This document shows positions 26,432 through 35,697 of a stretch of DNA of 64,000 nucleotides, one piece after another; within the stretch, counting starts at the first letter, position 1; every line of letters begins with the position of its first letter. The notes under the pieces are model-generated. The model did no database searches and was not told the origin of the DNA. It saw nothing but the letters and a program-made list of their open reading frames with translations. This DNA comes from an uncultured virus (IMG/VR IMGVR_UViG_3300032213_000694) (lineage: Duplodnaviria > Heunggongvirae > Uroviricota > Caudoviricetes > Crassvirales). Position numbers and translations under genes: made by a program. Location: the IMG/VR virus record IMGVR_UViG_3300032213_000694, positions 1-64,000 of that record. The stretch is one strand, 5' to 3'.

Positions 26432-26436
26432 ATTTG
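26429..26436 (+). promoter_or_regulatory. -7 promoter box for recombination module
   Basis: TAAATTTG 24 nt upstream of ATG. Confidence 0.55.
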
Positions 26437-26460
26437 TGGCTCACTTTAACTTAATATAAT

Positions 26461-27054
26461 ATGTCTAACAAATCAGTCTTTGAGCAGTTATCTGCTCTCA
26501 ACCTCTCATCTAAAGTAGAAAAGAGAGGTCAATTATCTTACCTTTCTTGGGCTACTGCTTGGGCAGAATGCAAGAAATTATTTCCTGACATGACACGTAC
26601 TGTGTACGAGTCTGAAACTGGGATGAACTACTTTTCAGATGGGGCTACGGCTTGGGTCAAGGTAGGGGTTACAATCAATGGCTTAGAGTACATTGACTAC
26701 CTACCAGTGATGAACCACATGAACAAGTCAATACCACTAGCTAGTCTTACATCGTTCGATGTGAACAAAACTATTCAGCGTTCAACGGTGAAGGCATTGG
26801 CTCTACATGGCTTGGCTCTTAACATCTATGCCAAAGAAGATTTCCCTGAGGCAACTGATGGCACACCTGCTAAGGTGGTGGCTAAACCTGCAGGCAAGAT
26901 TGCTCTTGCAATAGGCGATGCTAACTGGGAGAAGGTGGTCAACTATGTGGTTGATAACATAGGGCTCAAGTCTGAGGATGTGTTCAAGAACCTATCCAAG
27001 AAGTACGATTTATCTAATGAAGTAAAAAACGCAATTAATAAACTTAAAAAGTAA
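26461..27054 (+). CDS. Sak3/DUF1071 single-strand annealing protein
   Basis: VEK.G.LSYLSWA.AW...LPVM...N...FDVNKTIQR..VKALA.HGL.L.IYA.ED. Confidence 0.88.
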   Translation: MSNKSVFEQLSALNLSSKVEKRGQLSYLSWATAWAECKKLFPDMTRTVYESETGMNYFSDGATAWVKVGVTINGLEYIDYLPVMNHMNKSIPLASLTSFDVNKTIQRSTVKALALHGLALNIYAKEDFPEATDGTPAKVVAKPAGKIALAIGDANWEKVVNYVVDNIGLKSEDVFKNLSKKYDLSNEVKNAINKLKK

Positions 27055-27782
27055 TGGGAATTTTAGAAACATTAAAGAATGACACCGAGTACTACTCAGG
27101 TGTAGGTAAGAACTACTTATCCAACTCCGACATCGGAGCGTTATTATATAACCCATCGCAGTATGGTGTGCCGAAAGAGAAGACTCCTGCTATGCTTGCA
27201 GGGTCTTACTTTCATACGTTCATCCTTGAGCCTGAGAAGTTAAAAAACTTTGTGGCCGTGGACTGCTCAACACGTACGACTAACATCTACAAGGAGGCAT
27301 TGGCCTCATCAGGCACAGACATGCTATTGCTTCAGAAAGAAGTTGATGATTGTGAAAGAATGGCTAAGGCGTTGATGGGCAACCTGACATTCTACGACAT
27401 GATCCGTGATTCATCAAACTCTTATGAGGTTCCGGCCATCGGAGAGATTGGTGGCATTCAATGGAAAGGTAAGTCGGACATTGTAGGTGATGAAATTCTT
27501 ATTGACCTCAAGACCACGGCTAATCTAGATGACTTTAAGTTCTCTGCTCGCAAGTATAACTACGACTCTCAGGCTTACATCTACAACCAGTTATTTGGCA
27601 AACCTATGGTGTTTATCGCAGTAGAGAAAGATAGTTGCCGTACGGGTTTATTTGAGTGCTCAGATGAATTCTTAGATCGGGGCAGAGAGAAGGTCTACAA
27701 GGCCATCGAGGTGTACCAAAAGTTCTTCGGGCCAAACGCGACCGATGACATTACTCAGTATTTTAAATTAGAAACTTTATAA
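27054..27782 (+). CDS. PD-(D/E)XK exonuclease (RecE/DUF3799-like)
   Basis: LSNSD, GS.FH..ILEP, KGKSD...IDLKTT, Y..QA..Y. Confidence 0.85.
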   Translation: MGILETLKNDTEYYSGVGKNYLSNSDIGALLYNPSQYGVPKEKTPAMLAGSYFHTFILEPEKLKNFVAVDCSTRTTNIYKEALASSGTDMLLLQKEVDDCERMAKALMGNLTFYDMIRDSSNSYEVPAIGEIGGIQWKGKSDIVGDEILIDLKTTANLDDFKFSARKYNYDSQAYIYNQLFGKPMVFIAVEKDSCRTGLFECSDEFLDRGREKVYKAIEVYQKFFGPNATDDITQYFKLETL

Positions 27783-27794
27783 ACAAAAACAATT

Positions 27795-28094
27795 ATGGCA
27801 CAATTAATTTCAGCATCTATTGATGTATCAAAAATCTCTAAGGATAAGTTAATCAAAGGAGATAAGGGCACGTACCTTAACATTACTGTATCTATCAATG
27901 ATGAGGTAGACCAGTACGGAAACCAAGCAGGTATCTATGAGTCTCAATCTAAGGAAGAGCGTGAGGCTAAGGAGAAGAAGAACTACCTAGGTAATGGTAA
28001 GATTGCTTGGTCATCTGAAGGTGGGTCAACTGCTAAGAAAGCACCAGCTCCTGCACCAACTCCAACGGTAGAAGAGACTGACCTTCCGTTCTAG
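27795..28094 (+). CDS. single-stranded DNA-binding protein-like
   Basis: G.KG.YL.I...DQYGN...Q...YLGNGK; acidic tail ending DLPF. Confidence 0.75.
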   Translation: MAQLISASIDVSKISKDKLIKGDKGTYLNITVSINDEVDQYGNQAGIYESQSKEEREAKEKKNYLGNGKIAWSSEGGSTAKKAPAPAPTPTVEETDLPF

Positions 28095-28096
28095 TC

Positions 28097-28292
28097 TTGT
28101 GTACAAATGAACAAAATATGTCTGACTTAGATGAAATATATTTTTTTCTTTTACAGGTAAATTATTTTTTCTCTTTTTCTTATATATTTTGTTCACTTTG
28201 TACATAAAAGAATATAATATACTAATAATCAATTAGTTAACTAGTGTACAAATTAAAAATTTTGTACACAAAACAGTGTACAAAGTGCTCAC
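28097..28292. repeat. origin-like element B upstream of primase-helicase
   Basis: ~20-bp inverted repeat (28100-28119 / 28184-28204) around T-rich core; IHF consensus AATCAATTAGTTA 28227-28239; further GTGTACA copies. Confidence 0.65.
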
Positions 28293-28307
28293 TTTAATTA
28301 AAACGAC

Positions 28308-30686
28308 GTGCAAGTAACTATTTTTTCTAACATAAAAGAGACATCTGTCCCATTCTATCGGGATGTCTTGGCTATACTCTCTAGAGTTAAAGAGGGTAAG
28401 TCCAAAGACATTGTCCGCAAGATTAGATTGGAGAAAGATAAGGAGCTACGTAACAAGCTCAAGCAAGAGTTGCCTGCGATATGTTTCTCAGGTACGTTCT
28501 CTAAGCGTGAAGACTCGGCTCTTATGGAGCATAGTGGTCTTATATGTTTAGACTTTGATAACTTCCCATCCAATGATGAGATACTAGCCAAGAAAGATGA
28601 ATTGGCTAATGACCCTTATACGTTTTCAGTTTTTATATCCCCATCAGGCAATGGCCTGAAGGTATTGGTTAAGATACCAAAGGATGCTAACAAGCACAAG
28701 TCATTCTTCAATGCACTGGAGGCTTACTATAACTGCGAGCAGTTTGATAAGACATCCAAGAATGTGTCACGTGTGTGCTATGAGTCCTACGATCCGACCA
28801 TCTTTGTTAACATCAACTCTATTGAGTGGAACAAGATTGATGATGCAGAGATTGAGCACGTGACTAAGGATATGAGGCCGACCATCCCTATCGATGATGA
28901 GGATGAGATTATTAATAGACTATCTAAGTGGTGGGATAATAAGTTTGGCTTTGTGTCAGGTGCACGCAACAACAATCTGTTCGTGTTAGCTATGGCGTTC
29001 AATGAGTATGGTGTGTCTAAGTCTGAGGCGATGTATCGCATGATGGCATTCGCATCTGAGGACTTTACAACCAAGGAGATCCAATCCATCATTGACTCAG
29101 CCTATCGCCATACTGACAAGTATGCCACCAAGTATTTTGAGGATACCTCACGTGTTGACTTTGCAAAGAATCAACTAAGCCGTGGTGTGCCAAAAAAGGA
29201 CATCCGTTCTCAACTGAAAGCCTCCGGAGTGGAGGACGGAACGATTGATTCAGTACTAACTAGAATCGAGGAGGAGCAAAGCAAGAATACATTTTGGACT
29301 AAGAGTGACAAGGGTGTGGTGACATTGATACATTACGAGCTCAAGACATTCTTAGAAAATAATGGGTATCGCAAGTATGTACCTGAGGGTAACAAGGGCT
29401 TCATCTTTGTACGCATCAATCAGAATCTAATCGAGATGTGCACGGAGGATGACATCAAGGACTTTGTGTTAAACCACATACTTGATAACTTTCAGGATCT
29501 AAGCGTGTACAATTACTTTGCGGACAAGACTCGATTCTTTAGAGAGGACTTCTTGTCTATGCTTGACTCAGTCAACATCTATTTTGTGGAGGACACAAAG
29601 GATGAGGCGTACCTATACTTCAAGAATGGTGTAGTCAAGGTGACTAAGAACCAAACTGTCCTGCTTAACTATGAGGACTTAGGTGGCTACGTGTGGTCTG
29701 ACCAAGTCATCCAACGTGACTTTGTTTTCTGCCCCGCAGATGAGTGTGACTACAAGACATTCATTCGCAACATCGGTGGTAATGATGACCAACGTGTAGC
29801 CTCCATCGAGTCGACCATCGGGTTCATCCTGCATGCATTTAAGAATGGTGGCTACTGCCCTGCGGTAATCATTAATGATGAGGTGATATCAGAGAACCCT
29901 GAGGGTGGTACTGGTAAGGGTTTATTCATGAACGGCATAAGCCGAATGAAGAAGGCTGTCACCATTGATGGTAAGTCATTCTCGTTCGATAAGTCTTTTG
30001 CTTATCAGTTAGTGAGCACAGACACGCAGGTGTTGGTGTTCGATGATGTGAAGAAGAACTTTGACTTTGAGCGATTATTCTCGGTAGTTACTGAGGGTAT
30101 CACGGTTGAGCGTAAGAACAAGGATGCGATTAAGATCCCATTCCATAAGTCACCTAAGGTGGTCATAACGACTAACTACGCTATCCAAGGTAAGGGTAAC
30201 TCATTTGAGAGGCGTAAGTGGGAGATGGAGTTCAAGCAATTCTATTCTAAAGACTTCACACCTCAGGATGAGTTTGGTCGGTTGTTATTCAACGACTGGA
30301 GTCAAGATGATTGGTGTGCGTTCGACAACTACATGATCAAAGTATTGCAGGGCTACCTAAATACCGGCTTGGTTAAGTGTAACTTTGTAAACCTTAAAGA
30401 ACGCAAGTTCAGGGCAGAGACTAACGCTGAGTTTGCTGAGTGGGCTCATGAGTTTGGGCCATCATTCATACCAACAAATCAGCGATTCAGACCTGATGAT
30501 GTGTTTGATAAGTTTATAGCGGATAACAACGGCATGTTCCGTATGCTATCTAAGCAACGATTTAATTCGTGGCTACGTACCTACTGCTTGCACATGACAG
30601 GAAGTAACCCTGTAGAGGGTCGTGATGGTGCAGGTAAGTGGATGGTGTTCCCATTAAAAGAAGATAAACAATTAGAATTATTATGA
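28308..30686 (+). CDS. primase-helicase (BT4734/VirE-N primase, PriCT-1, SF3-like helicase)
   Basis: K.ELP...FSG.F..R...HSGLICLDFD, SPSGNGLK, R.CY.SYD; G.RNN.LF..A; Walker A GGTGKG, FDD, TTN. Confidence 0.88.
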   Translation: MQVTIFSNIKETSVPFYRDVLAILSRVKEGKSKDIVRKIRLEKDKELRNKLKQELPAICFSGTFSKREDSALMEHSGLICLDFDNFPSNDEILAKKDELANDPYTFSVFISPSGNGLKVLVKIPKDANKHKSFFNALEAYYNCEQFDKTSKNVSRVCYESYDPTIFVNINSIEWNKIDDAEIEHVTKDMRPTIPIDDEDEIINRLSKWWDNKFGFVSGARNNNLFVLAMAFNEYGVSKSEAMYRMMAFASEDFTTKEIQSIIDSAYRHTDKYATKYFEDTSRVDFAKNQLSRGVPKKDIRSQLKASGVEDGTIDSVLTRIEEEQSKNTFWTKSDKGVVTLIHYELKTFLENNGYRKYVPEGNKGFIFVRINQNLIEMCTEDDIKDFVLNHILDNFQDLSVYNYFADKTRFFREDFLSMLDSVNIYFVEDTKDEAYLYFKNGVVKVTKNQTVLLNYEDLGGYVWSDQVIQRDFVFCPADECDYKTFIRNIGGNDDQRVASIESTIGFILHAFKNGGYCPAVIINDEVISENPEGGTGKGLFMNGISRMKKAVTIDGKSFSFDKSFAYQLVSTDTQVLVFDDVKKNFDFERLFSVVTEGITVERKNKDAIKIPFHKSPKVVITTNYAIQGKGNSFERRKWEMEFKQFYSKDFTPQDEFGRLLFNDWSQDDWCAFDNYMIKVLQGYLNTGLVKCNFVNLKERKFRAETNAEFAEWAHEFGPSFIPTNQRFRPDDVFDKFIADNNGMFRMLSKQRFNSWLRTYCLHMTGSNPVEGRDGAGKWMVFPLKEDKQLELL

Positions 30687-31537
30687 CAACAGTCAACTCT
30701 TTAAGTGGAGGCAAAACATCATCGTATATGGCGGCTCATTTCCCAGCTGACGTAGATTTATTTTCTTTGGTTAGAACCACAGATGAGTCGTGTAAGTTTA
30801 AGGACGATGCAATCAGAAAGATTGTAGAGGACAGACTTCAGACTGATTTTATTGGTACGCTAGAAGAGGATGCAATTATCTACACGATGCTAGATTTAGA
30901 GCAGTATCTAGGCAGAAAGATTACTTGGATAACCGGCCCAACTTTTGACTCAATCGTTAACAAGAATCGCAAAGACAATGGGGAGTATTATAAATACTTG
31001 CCTAACGTAATGCAAAGATTCTGCACGGTGCATATGAAAGTTAACCCAATCTTTGAATGGTGTAGAGCCAACACGGATCTACCTGTTGAAATGAGAATTG
31101 GGTTCAGGGCTAATGAGACTAGACGTGCCAACAATATGTTGAAGCGTTGTGTAGATGGAATTGAGAACTTTAGGGTTATCAAGTCAACTAACGAGCGTGG
31201 CAGACATAAGTGGCACTCTATCCCATACCGCACACCAAGATTCCCTTTGATAGAAGAGAACATTTTAAGAGAGCAGGTTCACGAGTATTGGAAAGATAAA
31301 CCAGTTAGGTTCGCTTACATGAACAACTGTGTTGGATGTTTCCATCGTAATCCTGCTTTACTTAAGTTAATGTCGGAAATTCAACCCACTAAGTTTGATT
31401 GGTTCGCTAATCAGGAGACCGACTCGGCTAGATTTATCAAGGGTACATCCTATAATAAAATCAAAGAATCATTTAAACAAGTGGAATTATTTGAGTCGGA
31501 CTTTAACGAATGCGACTCAGGTTTCTGCGGACTATAA
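30683..31537 (+). CDS. PAPS-reductase-like (PP-loop) protein
   Basis: SLSGGKTS, RFCT..MKV.PI, IGFR..E..R, NCVGCF. Confidence 0.75.
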   Translation: MTTVNSLSGGKTSSYMAAHFPADVDLFSLVRTTDESCKFKDDAIRKIVEDRLQTDFIGTLEEDAIIYTMLDLEQYLGRKITWITGPTFDSIVNKNRKDNGEYYKYLPNVMQRFCTVHMKVNPIFEWCRANTDLPVEMRIGFRANETRRANNMLKRCVDGIENFRVIKSTNERGRHKWHSIPYRTPRFPLIEENILREQVHEYWKDKPVRFAYMNNCVGCFHRNPALLKLMSEIQPTKFDWFANQETDSARFIKGTSYNKIKESFKQVELFESDFNECDSGFCGL

Positions 31538-31539
31538 CT

Positions 31540-31734
31540 ATGCCAGATATAGCAATGTGCACCGGAGATGAGTGCCAAAAGAAGCAGATGTGCTACAGGT
31601 ACACAGCAAAAGCGAGTGACTACCAATCTTATTTCATGACACCACCTGTAAAGGAAGATGGTACATGTGAGTATTTTTGGAACAACGAAAAATATAATAA
31701 TAAAACAGAAGAAGATGCCATACTTGAATCATAA
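31540..31734 (+). CDS. small Cys-rich protein
   Basis: MPDIAMC.G..C..K..CYRY.A....QSYF...P.....C.YFW. Confidence 0.7.
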   Translation: MPDIAMCTGDECQKKQMCYRYTAKASDYQSYFMTPPVKEDGTCEYFWNNEKYNNKTEEDAILES

Positions 31735-32347
31735 CATTCCAACACTAACTTGTTTCATACGTAACGAGTTTTTATTTAACCATACCAAAGGGCATGGAGA
31801 GCACACGCTATGTGACGTTCACTCAGTCGCATCCATTGAGAAAAGAATCCCTTTGTTTGAGGCGTTCTTGGAGAATGGTGTGAACTGGACACGTAGACCT
31901 ATCCACGCATTTTGTTGGAGAAAAGATGCTGAGGAGCTACCACTTACTGAGTACATGTATTGGGATTGCTTTAGCTCATACGTAGATGTTCAGGTAAGAG
32001 CACGCATGTCAGGGCTAAGAGCTGACCTGATCTCAATAACAGGAGTCAAAAGACAAGGTATTTACTTGTTTACTCTGGACTGGGCATTTGAGAATAAGGG
32101 TATGCTAGATACTAACTTCTCTGAGACGCCTGAGCACAAGTGTGGTCACGTGTTTAAAATGGACAATGGCAACTACTTTATCTATCCTAATAACAGAATT
32201 ATTTGGATGGACAATGCTTGGACTTACAATCGAATTGATAAGAACCCGGGATATCAAATTGACATGTCGGTTTACTCTATTGAGAACAAAACAAACTACG
32301 AGACTGATTATAGTTATGTAACTGAATTTAAAGACAATGAAGGATAA
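31715..32347 (+). CDS. conserved hypothetical phage protein
   Basis: Start MPYLNHNIP; WDCFS, YLFTLDW, EHKC.H...GN...PNNR. Confidence 0.7.
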   Translation: MPYLNHNIPTLTCFIRNEFLFNHTKGHGEHTLCDVHSVASIEKRIPLFEAFLENGVNWTRRPIHAFCWRKDAEELPLTEYMYWDCFSSYVDVQVRARMSGLRADLISITGVKRQGIYLFTLDWAFENKGMLDTNFSETPEHKCGHVFKMDNGNYFIYPNNRIIWMDNAWTYNRIDKNPGYQIDMSVYSIENKTNYETDYSYVTEFKDNEG

Positions 32348-32537
32348 ACAAACACCAGTCGACTTTCTATTCAGTGAATTAGAAAGATGTCAATACTTTA
32401 TTGGCAATGACATTTATCAGGCTTACAAAGAAGCTAAAGAGATGGAAAAAGAATTCTATTATAATCTAACTTATACCAATGATACAACTGAGGGATTACC
32501 AAAAGAAGATAGTAAGCGACGGGCTTGGCATTATTAA
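32337..32537 (+). CDS. hypothetical protein
   Basis: KQTPV.FL...AKEMEKE motif. Confidence 0.6.
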   Translation: MKDKQTPVDFLFSELERCQYFIGNDIYQAYKEAKEMEKEFYYNLTYTNDTTEGLPKEDSKRRAWHY

Positions 32538-33714
32538 AGAGCACGGTCTACTATATCTATCCATGGAGGTAAGAACTGGTAAGACCATGACATCCTTAGC
32601 TATCTGCGATGCGTTAGGTGCTAAAGAAGTATTGTTCATCACTAAGCTAAAGGTGGTACCGGGTATCAAGAAAGACCATAAAGATTTAGGTTGTAACTTT
32701 AACCTTACGTGCGTAAACTATGAATCGATTCATAAACTTGAGGGGACAAATTGGAACCTCATAATTTGTGATGAAGCACACACGATGGGTGCATTCCCTA
32801 AGCCTAGCAAAAGAGCGAAGCAGGTTAAAGATTTGGTAAAGAAGTCTAACGCAAAGGTTATATTTCTATCGGGTACACCGACACCTGAGAGTTACTCTCA
32901 GATATACCACCAGCTTTATGTGCATCCTAACAACCCATTTAGATCATATGTCAACTTTTATAGGTGGGCTAATGACTATGTTAAAGTTAAAATAAAATAC
33001 ATAGGTGCAATGAAAGTTAATGACTACTCAGGTGCAATGAAGGATAAGATTATGGATGCCATCAAGCATCTAATGATTTCGTTCACCCAAGAGAAGGCAG
33101 GCTTTACTACATCAGTAGAGGAGGCCGTACTTAGAATTGCAATGAAGCCAATGACATACAAGTTAGCTAACAAGCTAAAGAAGGACTCGGTTGTTCAAGG
33201 TGATGACGATGTGATTCTTGCTGACACTGGTGCTAAGATGATGAATAAACTTCATCAGATGTATTCCGGTACCATCATCCTTGAATCAGGCAAGCGGTTA
33301 GTGTTTGACTATACCAAGGCTGAGTATATCAAGGAGCAGTTTAGAAACAAAAAGATAGGAATCTTTTATAAGTTCAAAGCTGAATGGGATGCATTGAAGT
33401 TTGTTTTTGGAGAGGACTTAACAGATAATCTCGATGAGTTCAATACCACTCGCAAGAACATCGCTCTTCAGATTGTATCAGGCCGTGAGGGGATCAGTCT
33501 CCGCAATGCCGACTTCTTGGTGTACTATAACATAGACTTTAGTGCGACATCATATTGGCAGAGCAAGGACAGGATGACCACCATCGACAGAAAGTTTAAC
33601 AAGGTGTATTGGGTATTTACGATTGGAGGAATCGAGGAAAAGATTTACGAAGTGGTTCAACAAAAAAAGGATTACACTCTAAATTTTTTCAAGAAAGATT
33701 TCTTAAATTCGTAG
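32479..33714 (+). CDS. SNF2/SF2-type helicase
   Basis: LRDYQ, RTGKT, DEAH, LSGTP, GREGISL, Q..DR. Confidence 0.9.
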   Translation: MIQLRDYQKKIVSDGLGIIKEHGLLYLSMEVRTGKTMTSLAICDALGAKEVLFITKLKVVPGIKKDHKDLGCNFNLTCVNYESIHKLEGTNWNLIICDEAHTMGAFPKPSKRAKQVKDLVKKSNAKVIFLSGTPTPESYSQIYHQLYVHPNNPFRSYVNFYRWANDYVKVKIKYIGAMKVNDYSGAMKDKIMDAIKHLMISFTQEKAGFTTSVEEAVLRIAMKPMTYKLANKLKKDSVVQGDDDVILADTGAKMMNKLHQMYSGTIILESGKRLVFDYTKAEYIKEQFRNKKIGIFYKFKAEWDALKFVFGEDLTDNLDEFNTTRKNIALQIVSGREGISLRNADFLVYYNIDFSATSYWQSKDRMTTIDRKFNKVYWVFTIGGIEEKIYEVVQQKKDYTLNFFKKDFLNS

Positions 33715-33718
33715 CCCC

Positions 33719-34024
33719 ATGTCAGAACAACAAATCCAATCCAAACGAATTAAGCAACTAGAGAAAGAAGGGTACTACGTTCTTAAGTTAATTAAGACTA
33801 ACAAGAACGGCATACCTGACTTACTAGCTTTGCACCCGACGAAAGGAGTTTTGTTTAGTGAGGTGAAGACACCAACAGGAAAAGTATCAGACTTACAAAA
33901 ATTTAGACTAGATGAGCTTAGAAAACATGGATTTAGAGTCGAAGTATTTCGAGGACAGACAGATGGTAGCAGTACCGAGGAGTCTTTTCGGGTGGATAAA
34001 CTCGATGAAGGCAGATGCTTTTGA
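33719..34024 (+). CDS. VRR-NUC nuclease
   Basis: SEQQIQ, GIPDL, FSEVK...G..S.LQ. Confidence 0.85.
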   Translation: MSEQQIQSKRIKQLEKEGYYVLKLIKTNKNGIPDLLALHPTKGVLFSEVKTPTGKVSDLQKFRLDELRKHGFRVEVFRGQTDGSSTEESFRVDKLDEGRCF

Positions 34025-34304
34025 TCAGGTAACTGATGCATTGGTATACTTCTCAAACGAAATAAACGAAAATGATGATAGAAGTATCGTATTTAACGTG
34101 GTAGGCGAAGAGCCAAAATATTTTAGGTTCTTAGCTTCTAAAGGAGAGATAACATTTGACAACCAACCTCCTGAAGATATGGTAGCTGTTGAATTACTAG
34201 AGCAGATAGACATCGACGAATTTTTAGACGAGGTACTAGCTGGCAATCAAATTATTAAAGACAAAACAATAAAACGATTTATCGCATCTTATGAGCTTAT
34301 TTGA
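33927..34304 (+). CDS. acidic hypothetical protein
   Basis: Start MDLESKY (or 33912). Confidence 0.6.
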   Translation: MDLESKYFEDRQMVAVPRSLFGWINSMKADAFDQVTDALVYFSNEINENDDRSIVFNVVGEEPKYFRFLASKGEITFDNQPPEDMVAVELLEQIDIDEFLDEVLAGNQIIKDKTIKRFIASYELI

Positions 34305-35283
34305 AAAAAGAATTGCATACAAACCTTTTGAATACCCTGAGTACTACACAGAAGGTTGGCTTAAACAAGCTCAGGCGTTTTGGTTACACACAGAGATTCC
34401 CATGTCATCCGATGTAAAAGATTGGAATGAGAATCTGACAGAGAATGAGAAGCACGTGGTAGGTAACATCCTACTTGGCTTTGCTCAAACAGAATGTGCT
34501 GTATCAGACTACTGGACAGGCATGGTGACTGATTGGTTTCCTAAGTATGAAATCATTCAGATGGCTATGATGTTCGGGGCTCAAGAAACTGTTCATGCAA
34601 CGGCTTACTCGTATCTTAATGATACCCTTGGTCTTGATGACTATGAAGGATTCATGCACGAGCCTGCTATTGCTAGTCGTGTGGAGGCATTAACATCTGT
34701 GCCTCACCATTACAATTATAAGATTCTTTGCACCAGTGCACCGGCCCGTAGAGATGTGGCTAGATCACTAGCAATCTTCTCAGCGTTCACCGAAGGGGTT
34801 GCATTGTACAGCTCATTTGCTGTGCTCTACTCGTTCCAATTGAACAACAAGCTAAAAGGTGTTGGCCAACAGATGAAGTGGTCTGTAAGGGATGAGGCTT
34901 TGCATTCTAAGATGGGATGTCAATTGTTCCGTCACATGTGTGAGGAGTTCCCTGACCTGAAGACAGATGCTAAGGACGCCATCATTGAGGCCGCTAAGTT
35001 AACGCTTGATATGGAGATGAAATTCATCGACAAGATATTTGAAAGAGGTGACTTAGAGAACTTAAAGGCTTACGACCTTAAACACTTTATGCACAAACGC
35101 ATCAACGACAAGTTAGTAGAGCTAGGCTACGATGCCATCTTTGCTTACGACCCAGGTGCTGCCGAGCAATTGGATTGGTTCTACCAATTGACAGCAGGAG
35201 TTGAGCATTCTGATTTCTTTGCAACTAGACCAACAGCATACAGTAAAGCCAACGAAGGCGAGGACTGGAGTGACATGTTTTAA
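34291..35283 (+). CDS. nrdB: ribonucleotide reductase class Ia beta subunit
   Basis: ETVH...YS, EGV.LYSSF, RDEALH, DFF..R...YS. Confidence 0.95.
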   Translation: MSLFEKRIAYKPFEYPEYYTEGWLKQAQAFWLHTEIPMSSDVKDWNENLTENEKHVVGNILLGFAQTECAVSDYWTGMVTDWFPKYEIIQMAMMFGAQETVHATAYSYLNDTLGLDDYEGFMHEPAIASRVEALTSVPHHYNYKILCTSAPARRDVARSLAIFSAFTEGVALYSSFAVLYSFQLNNKLKGVGQQMKWSVRDEALHSKMGCQLFRHMCEEFPDLKTDAKDAIIEAAKLTLDMEMKFIDKIFERGDLENLKAYDLKHFMHKRINDKLVELGYDAIFAYDPGAAEQLDWFYQLTAGVEHSDFFATRPTAYSKANEGEDWSDMF

Positions 35284-35306
35284 CTTTAACTAAATTAAAT
35301 AAAACG

Positions 35307-35603
35307 ATGATCAAGCATCACCCAATTCACGAACAAGACCTAATAGATTTAGGTTTTGAGAAAGTCTTTGTCTCTCAGCATGAGTCAGGACATCCTGAGG
35401 ATTTTTACTACTACGTGTATGTAATATCCAACCACACTACCTTAATAACTAACGCTGATGATGAAGCAAAAGTTGGGAGGTGGCACGTGTACTTATTCGA
35501 TGATGATTTTTACTTTGACGAGATAGAACCTCTAACAAACTTTTTAACATCTTTTAGCTATGCCAAACTCCCCAATAAAAATGGAGATAGTGTTGCCAGA
35601 TAA
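35307..35603 (+). CDS. hypothetical protein
   Basis: L.DLGFEK...FYYY motif. Confidence 0.65.
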   Translation: MIKHHPIHEQDLIDLGFEKVFVSQHESGHPEDFYYYVYVISNHTTLITNADDEAKVGRWHVYLFDDDFYFDEIEPLTNFLTSFSYAKLPNKNGDSVAR

Positions 35604-35697
35604 GTCAACAGCTTCAATAGATGCAAGCAATGCAGAGAGTGCTGTGCAAATGATAGAATTTTTACTTGAACTAATTAAATCTTTAGAAAATGATTAA
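35560..35697 (+). CDS. small hypothetical protein
   Basis: 45 aa filling gap before nrdA; stop overlaps nrdA start region. Confidence 0.45.
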   Translation: MPNSPIKMEIVLPDKSTASIDASNAESAVQMIEFLLELIKSLEND

